From assembly GCA_965237715.1 (NCBI GenBank), contig CBDEGM010000002.1, positions 422-64,421 of the forward strand: a stretch of DNA of 64,000 bases, written 5' to 3'. This DNA is from Acidobacteriota bacterium. GTDB taxonomy: Bacteria; Acidobacteriota; UBA6911; RPQK01; CBDEGM01. Every line of letters starts with the position of its first letter. The stretch's first letter is position 1. A program made the translations under genes and the position numbers. Under the pieces are notes generated by a model. The model did no database searches and was not told the DNA's origin. It saw nothing but the letters and a program-made list of their open reading frames with translations. Shown here in pieces: positions 1 to 9,078 of the stretch.

Positions 1-209
1 GATCCTGGCACTCCTCCATGTCCCCGAGCGTGCCTTCCGGCCTCCCCTACAGGCAGGAAAGAAAATCCCCAGATAATACGGTCGAGAAGTGCGGAATGTA
101 AGGCACGGAGGTGATCGAGAACGTCAAATTCGTCAATGGAGTCCACAAAGAGGAGGTTGCGGCCTAACGTCTTGCCGGTCTGCTGCGGCGCCCCAAACCA
201 CTCGTTCAC
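1..209 (-). CDS. P-loop NTPase-like fragment (partial, runs off window; probably a remnant)
   Basis: Open minus-strand frame from GTG at 209, with a TGA just upstream. Translation VNEWFGAPQQTGKTLGRNLLFVDSIDEF has a Walker A-like APQQTGKT followed only about 10 aa later by a Walker B-like LLFVD. That spacing is abnormal and suggests a degraded gene. Confidence 0.2.
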   Translation of the reverse strand, partial: MNEWFGAPQQTGKTLGRNLLFVDSIDEFDVLDHLRALHSALLDRIIWGFSFLPVGEAGRHARGHGGVPG

Positions 210-258
210 TTTTGATCACCGCCGCTGGGCGCCATCAGTAGCAGCGGCGAGTTAGGCA

Positions 259-495
259 TCAAACCTTGTCATTATCGTCCGGTTCGACATCACGAATCTT
301 CGAAAGCGCCCGATCGAACTTACCGCGACTACCCCGCCCCGCCCGCTTCTCAAGGAACTCCTCGGTTAAAAGAGCCGAGAGCTTCTCGGCCAAAGCGGTA
401 GTAATCAGCTGGTTAATTGAGACACCTTCCTGCTCAGCCAGCTCACGAACGCGCTCGTGAAGGGATTCGGGCAACCGTAAACTAATGGTACTCAT
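259..495 (-). CDS. Ribbon-helix-helix (CopG/HicB-like) antitoxin
   Basis: 78 aa. N-terminal MSTISLRLPESLHERVRELAEQEGVSINQLITTALAEKL is a typical RHH DNA-binding fold. Its ATG overlaps the stop of the upstream PIN gene (ATGA). Confidence 0.75.
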   Translation of the reverse strand: MSTISLRLPESLHERVRELAEQEGVSINQLITTALAEKLSALLTEEFLEKRAGRGSRGKFDRALSKIRDVEPDDNDKV

Positions 496-911
496 AACTC
501 TCCTATCTTACGCAGAAACTCGCCAGGTCTGAGAGCTTCAAGGCCCAGCTAGCGAATGCCTCCGAAATCCGAAATGTTGTGCGTGATGATGTAATCTGAT
601 TCGCTCTCGACTGCGAGTTCGAGAACCATGTCGTCGCATGGGTCGCGGAGAAAAGGTCGCCACAGAAAGTGGATACGTCGATGCTCTGATACCGCGCAGA
701 TATAGTCGACGATATCGTCGATATCCGAGTGTCGAAGTCCAAGGGACCTTGAGATTCTCTTGGTTTCGCTCTCCTACTCCAGAATCAGAGGAACAGAGAC
801 GCAAACCTCAAACTTACCCCGTCCCACCAGTTTCAGGAGTCGATGGGACGCGCCACGACTTGACCGTAAGCCAGATACCAGCGCGCTCGTGTCGAGGACT
901 ATTCGGTCCAT
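492..911 (-). pseudogene. PIN-domain toxin (VapC-like) inactivated by two in-frame TAG codons
   Basis: My translation from ATG 911 gives MDRIVLDTSALVSGLRSSRGASHRLLKLVGRGKFEVCVSVPLILE*ESETKR...DYIITHNISDFGGIR*LGLEALRPGEFLRKIGEL. PIN signatures are present (D-T-S near the N-terminus, and the LEYE position where TAG replaces Tyr). The TAG codons are at 774-776 and 549-551. Confidence 0.7.
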
Positions 912-912
912 A

Positions 913-933
913 GTGGTATCATATATATACCAC
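913..933. promoter_or_regulatory. Palindromic putative operator of the PIN/RHH module
   Basis: GTGGTAT-catatat-ATACCAC: 7-bp inverted arms around an AT spacer, lying 2-22 nt upstream of the toxin ATG. Confidence 0.4.
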
Positions 934-977
934 ACTATATTTCAAACCCTATCCTTTGATGCTTAACGCCCTCGGCA

Positions 978-1259
978 TCAGCTGCGGCGCGAAGCGAACC
1001 GCCAGCTGAATGCTGTTGTTAGGCCGCGAACGATCATAGTGCCGAGAGCCATGGGGAATTGAGCAGATGCAGCACAAGTATGACAGCGACTGCGGCAAAT
1101 GCGTGACCGCCAAACGAACGGTCGGTCCGGGAACGACGCCAGTAGTACTGGCAGCCAACTGCGACCGCCAGCTCCATTGCTCCGATCAAGCCAGGCCAGG
1201 ATCGGAATAGGGAGCAAGAAAGAGACGAGAACGAAAATTGCCAGTCCGGTTTCAGTCAT
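978..1259 (-). CDS. Small hypothetical membrane protein, probably frameshifted
   Basis: The N-terminus MTETGLAIFVLVSFLLPIPILAW is a TM helix. A second frame continues with membrane-like LIGAMELAVAVGCQYYW...AAVAVILVLHLL, which suggests an indel. Confidence 0.3.
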   Translation of the reverse strand: MTETGLAIFVLVSFLLPIPILAWLDRSNGAGGRSWLPVLLASFPDRPFVWRSRICRSRCHTCAASAQFPMALGTMIVRGLTTAFSWRFASRRS

Positions 1260-1330
1260 ATTACTCCTTACCTGACTTGATTAGCACTCTTGCTGATACT
1301 GGCGGCTTAACTAGTTCCCATCCGGAAACC

Positions 1331-2764
1331 GAGGCTGCCCCAAACTCAGTTGAAAGTGAAGGGCGGTTCAGGTTGAGCACGATCTTAAGCCACCTTTCGT
1401 TTGGCGTCCATAGAAACCTCGTCTCTGAGTTTGGCTTTCAGCATCCAGAGGTCCTGGTAGCCCTGGATGCGCCGGAAGTTCTTCTCCGTCTCCAGGAAGG
1501 CTGAGGCGGCCCAGCGCAGCACCATCTGGCTATCTTTCCAGCGGCTCACTCGGCGGGTCCGCATCCTCACGCCAGAGTGAGGGCTTTCAATCAGGTTGGT
1601 GCTGGCCAGACACAAGCGCAGGGAGGAAGACAACTCGAGTCGATTGATGGTGAAGGTCTCTTCCAGACCTTCTCGCAGGCTAGCTGCCGCATCGGGATGC
1701 AGCCCTTCGAGCCACTCCGCCTGCTTTCTGAGCCGAACCCTCCCTTCTTCCCAGGGCAGCCGATAAGCAGCCTGCATCACTGACTTGACTTGCTCGGCCA
1801 GATCGTCCGGCAATCGATCGCACACGTTGCGAATCTTATGACGACGACATCTCTGCACCGGACTGCCCTTGCCAAAGACCTTGTCAATGGCACATCGCAG
1901 GGCCCTGGAGCCGTCAATCACAAACAGATAGCGTCGCCCGGAATCCAGGCCTCGCTCCACCAGGTCTTCCAGCAAGGAGGTAGCGGTGGCGGCGTTTTCA
2001 CTGGCCCCTTCCCGCAGCCCCAGCACGTGCTTTTGGCCCTCCGAGTCCACGCCGGCGGCACAGATCACGTGGTGCTCGCCAAAGACCAGGCCGTCGATGT
2101 AGATGATCAGAAACTCAACGTCATCAAAGTGTCGCTCGGCCAGCTGCTCCAGCTGCTGGCCGCTCTGCTCAATGAACTGACGGCTCACGGACGATTTGCT
2201 GACTCCCACCGTGTCGGCCATCTGGGGGATCACGCGGCTGTAGTGGCGCGTGGAAACGTTGCACATCAAGATCTCCAGCATGCGGCTGCCCAGCTCCCCG
2301 TTACGGTTGATCGCCTCATAGGCGGGGATCTCCACCTCCCCGCCTCGACCTTGGCCTTTCTTGCGCAGCCGTGGCTTTCGAACCCGCACTTGCCGCTCCG
2401 AAAGTCTGACTCGCCCTGGCTGAGTGCCGTACCAAACGATCTGCTTGCCTGGGCGCCCTTGTTGCTTTTCGCCGGCGACACTTCGGGCAGAAAGCTGCAA
2501 GACTGCTTCCATGCTCGCTCGCCCCAGGATGTCGATCAACTCGTCAATGGCCATCCGGGAGGCTTCGATCAGCTCCACCATCGGGAGCAACAGTTGCCCG
2601 TTCTGGGCCAGATAATCAGCCAGCCCCTGACTGTTCTTCCGGGTGACAATTCGATATGATTTCTTCATGGCGGTTCCTCCTTAAAAGGTTGTTGACCAAC
2701 CCGGTTCTAACGAGTCGGTCGGACGAACCGCCTCTCAACTTTCAACTAAACCCGGGACAGTCTC
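1331..2764 (-). mobile_element. IS256-family insertion sequence, copy A, inserted in the terminal repeat of the IS5-like element
   Basis: About 40-bp imperfect terminal inverted repeats (GAGGCTGCCCCAAACTCAGTTGAAAGT... versus GAGACTGTCCCGGGTTTAGTTGAAAGT...). 8-bp target duplication CGGAAACC at 1323-1330 and 2765-2772. Confidence 0.9.
1385..2668 (-). CDS. IS256-family (mutator-type) transposase
   Basis: Intact 427-aa ORF. It has the typical IS256 layout and motifs (..IIYIDGLVF.., ..DGSRALRCAI.., ..QRCRRHKIRNV..). Confidence 0.95.
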   Translation of the reverse strand: MKKSYRIVTRKNSQGLADYLAQNGQLLLPMVELIEASRMAIDELIDILGRASMEAVLQLSARSVAGEKQQGRPGKQIVWYGTQPGRVRLSERQVRVRKPRLRKKGQGRGGEVEIPAYEAINRNGELGSRMLEILMCNVSTRHYSRVIPQMADTVGVSKSSVSRQFIEQSGQQLEQLAERHFDDVEFLIIYIDGLVFGEHHVICAAGVDSEGQKHVLGLREGASENAATATSLLEDLVERGLDSGRRYLFVIDGSRALRCAIDKVFGKGSPVQRCRRHKIRNVCDRLPDDLAEQVKSVMQAAYRLPWEEGRVRLRKQAEWLEGLHPDAAASLREGLEETFTINRLELSSSLRLCLASTNLIESPHSGVRMRTRRVSRWKDSQMVLRWAASAFLETEKNFRRIQGYQDLWMLKAKLRDEVSMDAKRKVA

Positions 2765-2940
2765 CGGAAACCCCTGTTTTTCAAGGGCTTGGTAAGTTCG
2801 TGGAACGTAGCATAGAGGCAACCGGTGTCGCTTTTGGAGTTCATTCTACCAAAGGGGCTTAGGGTTCTGTGAAAGAGTGCTGAGTGCAGAGACCTCAGCT
2901 TCGGATGAGCTCTGAGTGGATGCTGGTGGGGCGCGGGGCT

Positions 2941-4254
2941 CTACAACTGGAGTCGAGCCAGCACGACCAGATTGTAGCTCACGACGGAAAGATGCACGTA
3001 GCGCTGAAAGTGGGTCCAACCTTTCCAGAGACAGCGACTCAAACCAAAGACGCGTTTGGCCGTGGAGATGCAGCCTTCAATACCGGCCCGAAAGCGTCGC
3101 AGTTGCTTGTACACCCAGCTGGAGCGGACCATGTTCTCGATGGTCAATCCGCACTTCTTCGCAAAAGCCACATCCTGCACGCCTTCCTCTTTCGCCCATT
3201 TCAGGTTGTTGAGAGAAGCAAAGCCTCCATCGAAACTCGCTTGGCGAGGATAACGACCGTACAATTGGCACTGACGCCGCAAAAGAGGCTCGACCTGTTG
3301 ACTGTCGGCGGGATTCCCTTGCACCAGAAGCGCATCCAGGATCAGGGAAGATTTTCCGATCGTCACATAAAGTTTATGACCAAAGATACTCTCCCGCGCC
3401 CCTTTTTCAATAATGTCGGTGTGTTCTTCAAAGAGCGAGACCACTTTTTCCCACGCCGGTACCTTTTCACCCCCAAGCACCCGCCGTTGTGTCTGATCCA
3501 TCACTCGTTCCAGCAGATCCAGGTAGTGAGCCAGTGCTTGGCTGATGGGATCGCTCCAAGCTTCGGCTGACTGGATCGCCTCTCGGGCGTAGCTGCGCGT
3601 CTTGCCAGCTACCTGGAGCAGATCCTGATAATGTTTTTTGCGTCTTTCGCCCCGGCTGTTTCGGATGTTCAGCCAGCGCCTTTTGGCCCGCCTCGAGTGA
3701 TCGACAAAAGCGACCGACTGGCGCTGGCTCAGACGTCTCATAAGGCGGGTGAGGACCCGGATCGCATCGTACAGCAACTGACTATCTGTAGGATAACGGA
3801 TGTCACTTTCCACACTGGTTGCATCCACTCGGATCTTGCGCCCCTTTTCCAAACCTTCCTGATCGGCCCAACTCACCAACACCCGGTTGATCTTCTGCCA
3901 GGTGGAGTCTTCCATCTTGGAGATGTTCTCCTGAAGGACGCTCTTGGAGGGAGTGTACCCGTAGGGAAGGCGACAAAAGGTGCGGAAACTTTGCGAGTCG
4001 CTCAGATGAAAGGCAAGCTTTTCATAAGAAAACTGGTGCATCTGTTTGATCAGAGCACAGCGCAGCACCTGATCGGCTGTCAGACCTCCCGCACCGTTCC
4101 GGGCGCTGGCTTTGTCACACACATCCTGTAAAACTAGATCCGAGATCGAGGGATTCTCGTCCAGGATCTCGGAAATCACTCTCAGCTCTTTGGCGAGTTG
4201 ATGATCGGGCCAAAGGGGAGAAAGGGGGAGTTGATTTTCACGGTTCTTTCGCAT
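2941..4254 (-). CDS. DDE transposase with InsH/DUF772-like N-terminal domain (IS5/IS1182 or ISNCY type)
   Basis: Intact 437-aa ORF. The motif LRCALIKQMHQFSYEKLAFHLSDSQSFRTFCRL is the DUF772-type motif. It lies between the element termini. Confidence 0.85.
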   Translation of the reverse strand: MRKNRENQLPLSPLWPDHQLAKELRVISEILDENPSISDLVLQDVCDKASARNGAGGLTADQVLRCALIKQMHQFSYEKLAFHLSDSQSFRTFCRLPYGYTPSKSVLQENISKMEDSTWQKINRVLVSWADQEGLEKGRKIRVDATSVESDIRYPTDSQLLYDAIRVLTRLMRRLSQRQSVAFVDHSRRAKRRWLNIRNSRGERRKKHYQDLLQVAGKTRSYAREAIQSAEAWSDPISQALAHYLDLLERVMDQTQRRVLGGEKVPAWEKVVSLFEEHTDIIEKGARESIFGHKLYVTIGKSSLILDALLVQGNPADSQQVEPLLRRQCQLYGRYPRQASFDGGFASLNNLKWAKEEGVQDVAFAKKCGLTIENMVRSSWVYKQLRRFRAGIEGCISTAKRVFGLSRCLWKGWTHFQRYVHLSVVSYNLVVLARLQL

Positions 4255-4449
4255 TTTTCAAGCACTCGGTTTTGCTTAAGTCTTTTGCTACATACTGCTT
4301 ACAACAATTACAATAGCAAACGACTATGACAAAACCGAGGCTTGGAGATGCCCCTCTTCCTCTTTATTTCCAATGCTGTACAAGTCCACGGATGGGAACT
4401 AACTATTGATTAGGCCGCTCTGGACCCCCGGCCCATGTCAGGGCATTGG

Positions 4450-4971
4450 TCAGTCACCCGACTCAGGCTGTTCAAGAGGCTGGTGCCCAGAGAGGAATCT
4501 CTTGATGTCGTCGATGAACGCCACGATGGTTGTTTCGATGATTGAGGTCAAGGCTTCAGGGTCGTCGAGATCGAAATCCGAGGCTAGGTCGCATTCAAGA
4601 ATCGAGTCGACGCCCTTCGCCGGCGTAGAAACACGGTACTCGGGCCACTGGCTGTCTTTGAACAGCTCCCAGTACTTCCGTTGAACCTCCCGGTTGCCGC
4701 CCGCAAGCCAGGCTTCGAATCGAAATGCGTCGTAGTTGAAGACAATTGCGATCTTTAGGTTGCGATGCCGGAGTGACGACGGGAAGAGCGCAAAGTACGT
4801 CATGTCCATATATCCCTGATAGAGACCGGACACGGTGGAACCGGCGAGGTTGTTCTTGAAGTGTGTTCGTAGTCCCATCATGTACGAGAGCAGCGCTCCG
4901 TACGCCTTCTGGATCGATCCCTTCTCGAGTAGCCCCCGGAACTCCTCCATGTCTTCTCGTGTCGAGCGCAT
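4450..4971 (-). CDS. Conserved hypothetical protein
   Basis: 173-aa ORF with protein-like composition. No motif was recognised. Confidence 0.55.
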   Translation of the reverse strand: MRSTREDMEEFRGLLEKGSIQKAYGALLSYMMGLRTHFKNNLAGSTVSGLYQGYMDMTYFALFPSSLRHRNLKIAIVFNYDAFRFEAWLAGGNREVQRKYWELFKDSQWPEYRVSTPAKGVDSILECDLASDFDLDDPEALTSIIETTIVAFIDDIKRFLSGHQPLEQPESGD

Positions 4972-5137
4972 CCTTGGCTCCCGTGCCGTCTCGGGGAGAA
5001 ACCCTCTAGACGGCCTAACGTTCTTGAGCTGAGCCGCCCGCGACGGCGGTAAAGAACGCTTTCAGAGTATTCTAGGCGTTCGCGGCGGAGGCGAGCCATC
5101 GCCCACCTGCGCCTCGCAGGTCGGCTCGAGCGATTTG

Positions 5138-5387
5138 TTAGCTGGGGTGACACGTCAGATGATCCTTTGTCAATTCTAGATCCTCATAGATTGCACTATT
5201 GGTAGTCCGATTTCGAGTCTGATGTGCGGCATCACCCGGTGTCCCGTTATAGATGCAGACCACGACCAGGTGGTTATCAGGATCGACATATGCGATCGAG
5301 GATTCGTAGCCAGCGGACCCAAATGTGCGGGCCGAGGCATATCGACCGAACCCGTAAGGGACGGAGTCAATACCGTACATGTTTGAA
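5138..5387 (-). pseudogene. C-terminal remnant of a serine hydrolase / beta-lactamase-family protein, truncated by IS1380
   Basis: ..GFGRYASARTFGSAGYESSIAYVDPDNHLVVVCIYNG.. resembles the C-terminal block of class C beta-lactamase/PBP-like hydrolases. The reading frame is cut at the IS end (5388). Confidence 0.45.
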
Positions 5388-6947
5388 CCCCCATTCACCA
5401 TATAGGACACCAAAATTGTTTGCCTTAATCGATGTAAACTACTATAATCAAAGTAGATATAGAGCATAAAGGGAGCAAGAAATGGCTGACCCAAAGGGTG
5501 AAGGTTTGAAGGCCGGTTTTGATGGCAGTTTGAGGCTTGAATTTCATGGGGCTAAGGTCACCTCGGATGCTGGGCTTCTCGCCTATCGTGATTTGGACGA
5601 AGCGTTGGTGTTATTCGATAGTGTTCCCTCCGTTTTTCGCGATTCGCGGACAGGGCGTAACATCCAGCACGACCTGGCGTCGTTGCTGCGCCAATCGGTA
5701 TACGAGTCGACTGGCTGGCTATGAAGATGTCAACGATGCCCATCGTCTATCGGTGGATCCTACTATGCGGAGGATCACCGGGAAGAAGATGGACAAGAAG
5801 AAGGCCGCCAGCGCCAACACCATGGGTCGATTTGAGACCGAGATGCTGTCCGTCCAGGGGAACCTCAAAGCCCTTTCGGAAGTTAATGGCCGATGGGTAG
5901 AAAGAGCGCTGGAGAAAACAACTCATCGACGCATCATTCTGGATATGGACAGCTCAGCCAGTCCTGTCCATGGCGAGCAGGAAGCCTCTGCCTACAACGG
6001 CCATTTCCGATGTACTTGCTACCATCCCCTGTTTTGTTTCAACCAGTTCGGAGATTGCGAAGGTGCAATGCTTCGGCCCGGCAATGTTCACAGCGCGGAT
6101 GGTTGGAAGGAGATGCTGGAACCAATCGTGGCTCGCTACGAGAAGAAAACAGTCCGCAAATACTTTCGTGGGGATGCTGCCTTTGCCAAGCCGGACGTTT
6201 ATGAATACTTGGAGGAGAAGGGCTTTTTGTATGCCATCCGGCTTCCTGCCAACGAGGTGCTTCAGGCGGAGATTGAACACCTGCTTACCCGGCCTGTGGG
6301 CCGTCCACCCCGAAAGCCTATCGTTTGGTTCGCCGATTTCCAATATCAAGCCGCCAGTTGGGACCGGCCTCGCCGGGTGATTGCCAAGGTCGAGTGGCAT
6401 CGCGGAGAACTCCTTCCGAGGGTGGGTTTCATCGTCAGTGTGCCGCAGCAAGCGGCGTGAGAGATGGGAGTAGGCCTCCCGCAACCGGCTTGCAGGAGCA
6501 GGTTGCAAACCACCGTAAGTGGCTGTGGTTAAAAGCCGCGGTCGTGAGCGTTACGGAAAAGGTGCTCTAGAAGCATCAGGTGTGGATCAGGAAGACGAAC
6601 ACAAGTGAACCACCGTTCAAGTGCCGAAAGGACGAGATGGTGTCGAAACCGGGGAGTTGGTGTTGCCCCGGGACGAATCTGGCGGAAACCTGTCTACTGG
6701 TCAGGTAGCACCCGGCATAGAGGTGGCGTGAGCTTGATCTGGGCTCTCATGTTGAACTGCGGGAACCTGGAGCAACGATGCTAAGAGAAAGGCACAAGCA
6801 GAGAACCTGCGAGGCCGACAGTATCGAAGCGTTGCCCAGGGGCGGACAAGCTCGTAGTAGCGATGAGGCTGCCGTAATGGCAGCGGAGCGAAGGGGCTTG
6901 GTCACTCGGCTACAGACAAGCGGCCAACTGCTAGGCAGGAGGAGCCC

Positions 6948-8216
6948 TTGAAAGTAGCAAAGCCATTTGGGGTTTCTAAGAAGCTGGCAGGGCAAGCATA
7001 CTTGGAGGTGAAGTCCAAAGGAGGTGCCGCAGGAGTCGATGGCGAGTCGCTTGAACTCTTCGAGCACAACTTGAGGAACAACCTCTATCGAATCTGGAAC
7101 CGGCTGTGCTCCGGGAGCTATTTTCCACCACCCGTGAAAGCCGTGCCAATCCCGAAGAAATCGGGGGGCACGCGTGTTCTCGGAGTGCCTGCGGTCTCTG
7201 ATCGAATCGCACAGACAGTGGTGAAGCCAGCCCTGGAGCCGATACTGGAACCGGTGTTCGATGAGGATTCTTTCGGCTATCGACCGGGAAAGTCTGCCCA
7301 TGACGCGATTGCCATCACCCGGAAACGGTGTTGGCGATACGACTGGGTGGTGGAGTTCGATATCCGCGCCCTGTTCGACAACATTGACCACGAACTGCTC
7401 ATGAAGGCGTTACGCCACCATTGTCAGTGTCGTTGGGTGTTGTTGTACGTGGAGCGCTGGTTGCAGGCTCCACTTGAGCAGCCCGGCGGCAGTCTACAGG
7501 CGCGCGACAAAGGCACACCGCAAGGTGGAGTTGTGAGCCCTATTCTGGCAAATCTGTTCTTGCACTACGCGTTTGACGAGTGGGTGAGACGCCAACTGCC
7601 GGGGGTTCCATTTTGTCGATACGCCGACGATGGGCTGCTGCACTGCAAGAGCCAGTCTCAGGCGGAATACGTGATGAGCCTTATCTCGGAACGCTTCCGT
7701 GAGTGTGGGTTGGAGATCCATCCCGACAAATCGTCGATCGTCTATTGCAAGGATGTGAATCGCCTGGAAGAGCATTCGCGAATCAGCTTTGATTTCCTTG
7801 GTTACACTTTCCGTCCGCGACGGTGTGTGAACAAGAAAGGGCAGGTTCACCCGAACTTTCTTCCTGCGATCAGTATCTCCTCGAAGAAGGAGATCAATCG
7901 ATGCATGCGTAGCTGGCATGTCCAGCTCAAGAACGAGAAGACGTTGTTGGATCTGTCTCAGATGTTCAATCCGAAACTCCGTGGTTGGCAAGCCTGCTAT
8001 GGTTGCTTCCACGCGTCGGCACTGCGTCAACTGTGGCGGAACTTCAACCGGTATCTTGTGCAGTGGGTGCGAAGGAAACTCAAAAGATTTTCTGGGCATC
8101 GGCAACGGGCGAGGCGTTACCTCGACCAGATTGCCCGTGCCAATCCGCATCTATTTATTCATTGGCGTCTTGGAGTCTTTCCTTGTGGCTTGAGTGATAG
8201 GAGCCGGATGAGCTGA
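6948..8216 (+). CDS. Group II intron reverse transcriptase/maturase (no endonuclease domain)
   Basis: 422 aa. RT blocks are present (..GGAAGVDG.., ..PKKSGGTRVLGVP.., ..GTPQGGVVSPILANL.., RYADDGLL) followed by a maturase/X region. It ends without an HNH domain. Confidence 0.95.
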   Translation: MKVAKPFGVSKKLAGQAYLEVKSKGGAAGVDGESLELFEHNLRNNLYRIWNRLCSGSYFPPPVKAVPIPKKSGGTRVLGVPAVSDRIAQTVVKPALEPILEPVFDEDSFGYRPGKSAHDAIAITRKRCWRYDWVVEFDIRALFDNIDHELLMKALRHHCQCRWVLLYVERWLQAPLEQPGGSLQARDKGTPQGGVVSPILANLFLHYAFDEWVRRQLPGVPFCRYADDGLLHCKSQSQAEYVMSLISERFRECGLEIHPDKSSIVYCKDVNRLEEHSRISFDFLGYTFRPRRCVNKKGQVHPNFLPAISISSKKEINRCMRSWHVQLKNEKTLLDLSQMFNPKLRGWQACYGCFHASALRQLWRNFNRYLVQWVRRKLKRFSGHRQRARRYLDQIARANPHLFIHWRLGVFPCGLSDRSRMS

Positions 8217-8234
8217 GAGGTTCACGTCCGGTTC
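8201..8234 (+). ncRNA. Group II intron domain V
   Basis: GAGCCGGATGAGCTGAGAGGTTCACGTCCGGTTC matches the 34-nt DV consensus (GAGCCG..AGC triad .. CGGTTC). A domain VI-like stem follows (GGGG..CTCCCC). Confidence 0.75.
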
Positions 8235-8869
8235 TTGGAGGGGCTGGGGGTGAGACTCCCCCGGCCTACTCAACCCAATATGAGCGCACAAGCCTCAGGG
8301 GTGGTTCACTTCTATAACGGTCGTGGCACAGCCGAGCAGTGGATCAAGGAAGGCAAGTATGCGTTGCACTGGACTCGCCTGTCCTGCCAGCGCTTTGTCC
8401 CGAATCAGGTGAGGTTGGCTCTGTTTGTCTTGACCTGCAACCTGGGCAATTTTCTACGGCGGCTGGTCCTTCCCAGAAAAATCAAACATTGGTCCCTTCG
8501 CAGCCTGTTGACCAAACTGATCAAGATCGGAGCGAAGGTGATCCGCCATAGCCGGATCGTCACGTTTCAGATGGCGGAGGTAGCGGTAAGCAAGGATATA
8601 TGGGCCGGGCTGTTGTCTCGGATTGATCGATTGAGATGGAGTACGGCTTAGGGCCCAGTGTTTTCTGGTCGAGCGGCTGGAGAGGTGTATCAAGTGATCG
8701 GGTTTTGACAAAAGCATCCTAATTACAAAGGGATCAGAGGTACTGCTCAGCCAAAATGTGGTGGAAAAACCCTTGCTCCAATGTTCTGGTAGTGATAGGT
8801 TTCGATCATTCATCACGATTTAGATCAGGTGAACTCATGTCCGGAGTTGATATGAGGAATGCCGGTTAT

Positions 8870-9078
8870 TTATAATCCCCTTTGCTTGATTAGAAAGGGC
8901 TTGGTGCCGAATCTTTTTACGCCTTCATTAAACGCTTCTTTCATAGTCGTGAAAGTGTCTATCATTTTCTTGTTTTTCACGAGAACAAACTTACTCTCAT
9001 AATGCTCCAACCACTCAGCCCGATGTTCCTGAAAGAACTCCAGCTCTTCTTTCAATGGTTGTAGTTGCTCGTCTGCCA
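8870..9078 (-). CDS. Small hypothetical protein
   Basis: ATG at 9078 preceded by GGAAGGGGGA. The 69-aa product is MADEQLQPLKEELEFFQEHRAEWLEHYESKFVLVKNKKMIDTF..FLIKQRGL. Its stop lies 5 bp from the IS1380 end. Confidence 0.45.

Larger units (their letters stand above)
1314..4399 (-). mobile_element. IS5/IS1182- or ISNCY-like insertion sequence, copy A (about 1644 bp without its nested IS256)
   Basis: Termini are GTTCCCATCCG... (1314) and ...CGGATGGGAAC (4399), flanked by a 6-bp direct repeat TAACTA (1308-1313 and 4400-4405). It is collinear with copy B at 25640-27282. Confidence 0.85.
6438..8274 (+). mobile_element. Bacterial group II intron, sense-oriented in the IS1380 transposase gene
   Basis: Starts with GTGTG and ends ..CAAC (AY). 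The exon junction catcgtca|ccaatatg was read off exactly from the uninterrupted copy. It contains an RT/maturase ORF and a canonical domain V. Confidence 0.9.
5482..8651 (+). pseudogene. IS1380-family transposase, frameshifted and split by a group II intron
   Basis: Compared with the intact 443-aa copy, there is a 1-nt insertion near 5706 (cggtatacGagtcgac versus cggcatacagtcgac). The ORF is also interrupted between GFIV and NMSAQ by the intron. Confidence 0.9.
5388..8864 (+). mobile_element. IS1380-family insertion sequence, copy 1 (1640 bp plus a 1837-bp group II intron)
   Basis: Ends are CCCCCATTCACCATAT... (5388) and ...ATATGAGGAATGCCG (8864), which are imperfect inverted repeats. Collinear with the intact copy at 27291-28930. 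Confidence 0.85.

Noticed and set aside
5382-5390. tttgaaccc at the IS1380 junction matches 9 nt of the tRNA-fMet T-arm region (a possible att repeat)
   Set aside because: Nine nucleotides is too short to be meaningful, and it does not correspond to the tRNA 3' terminal segment.
6948-8216. Reverse transcriptase as a retron, DGR or Abi-type RT
   Set aside because: A GTGTG 5' end, a canonical domain V/VI just after the ORF, a maturase-type C-terminus and a base-exact insertion in an otherwise continuous gene identify it as a group II intron IEP.
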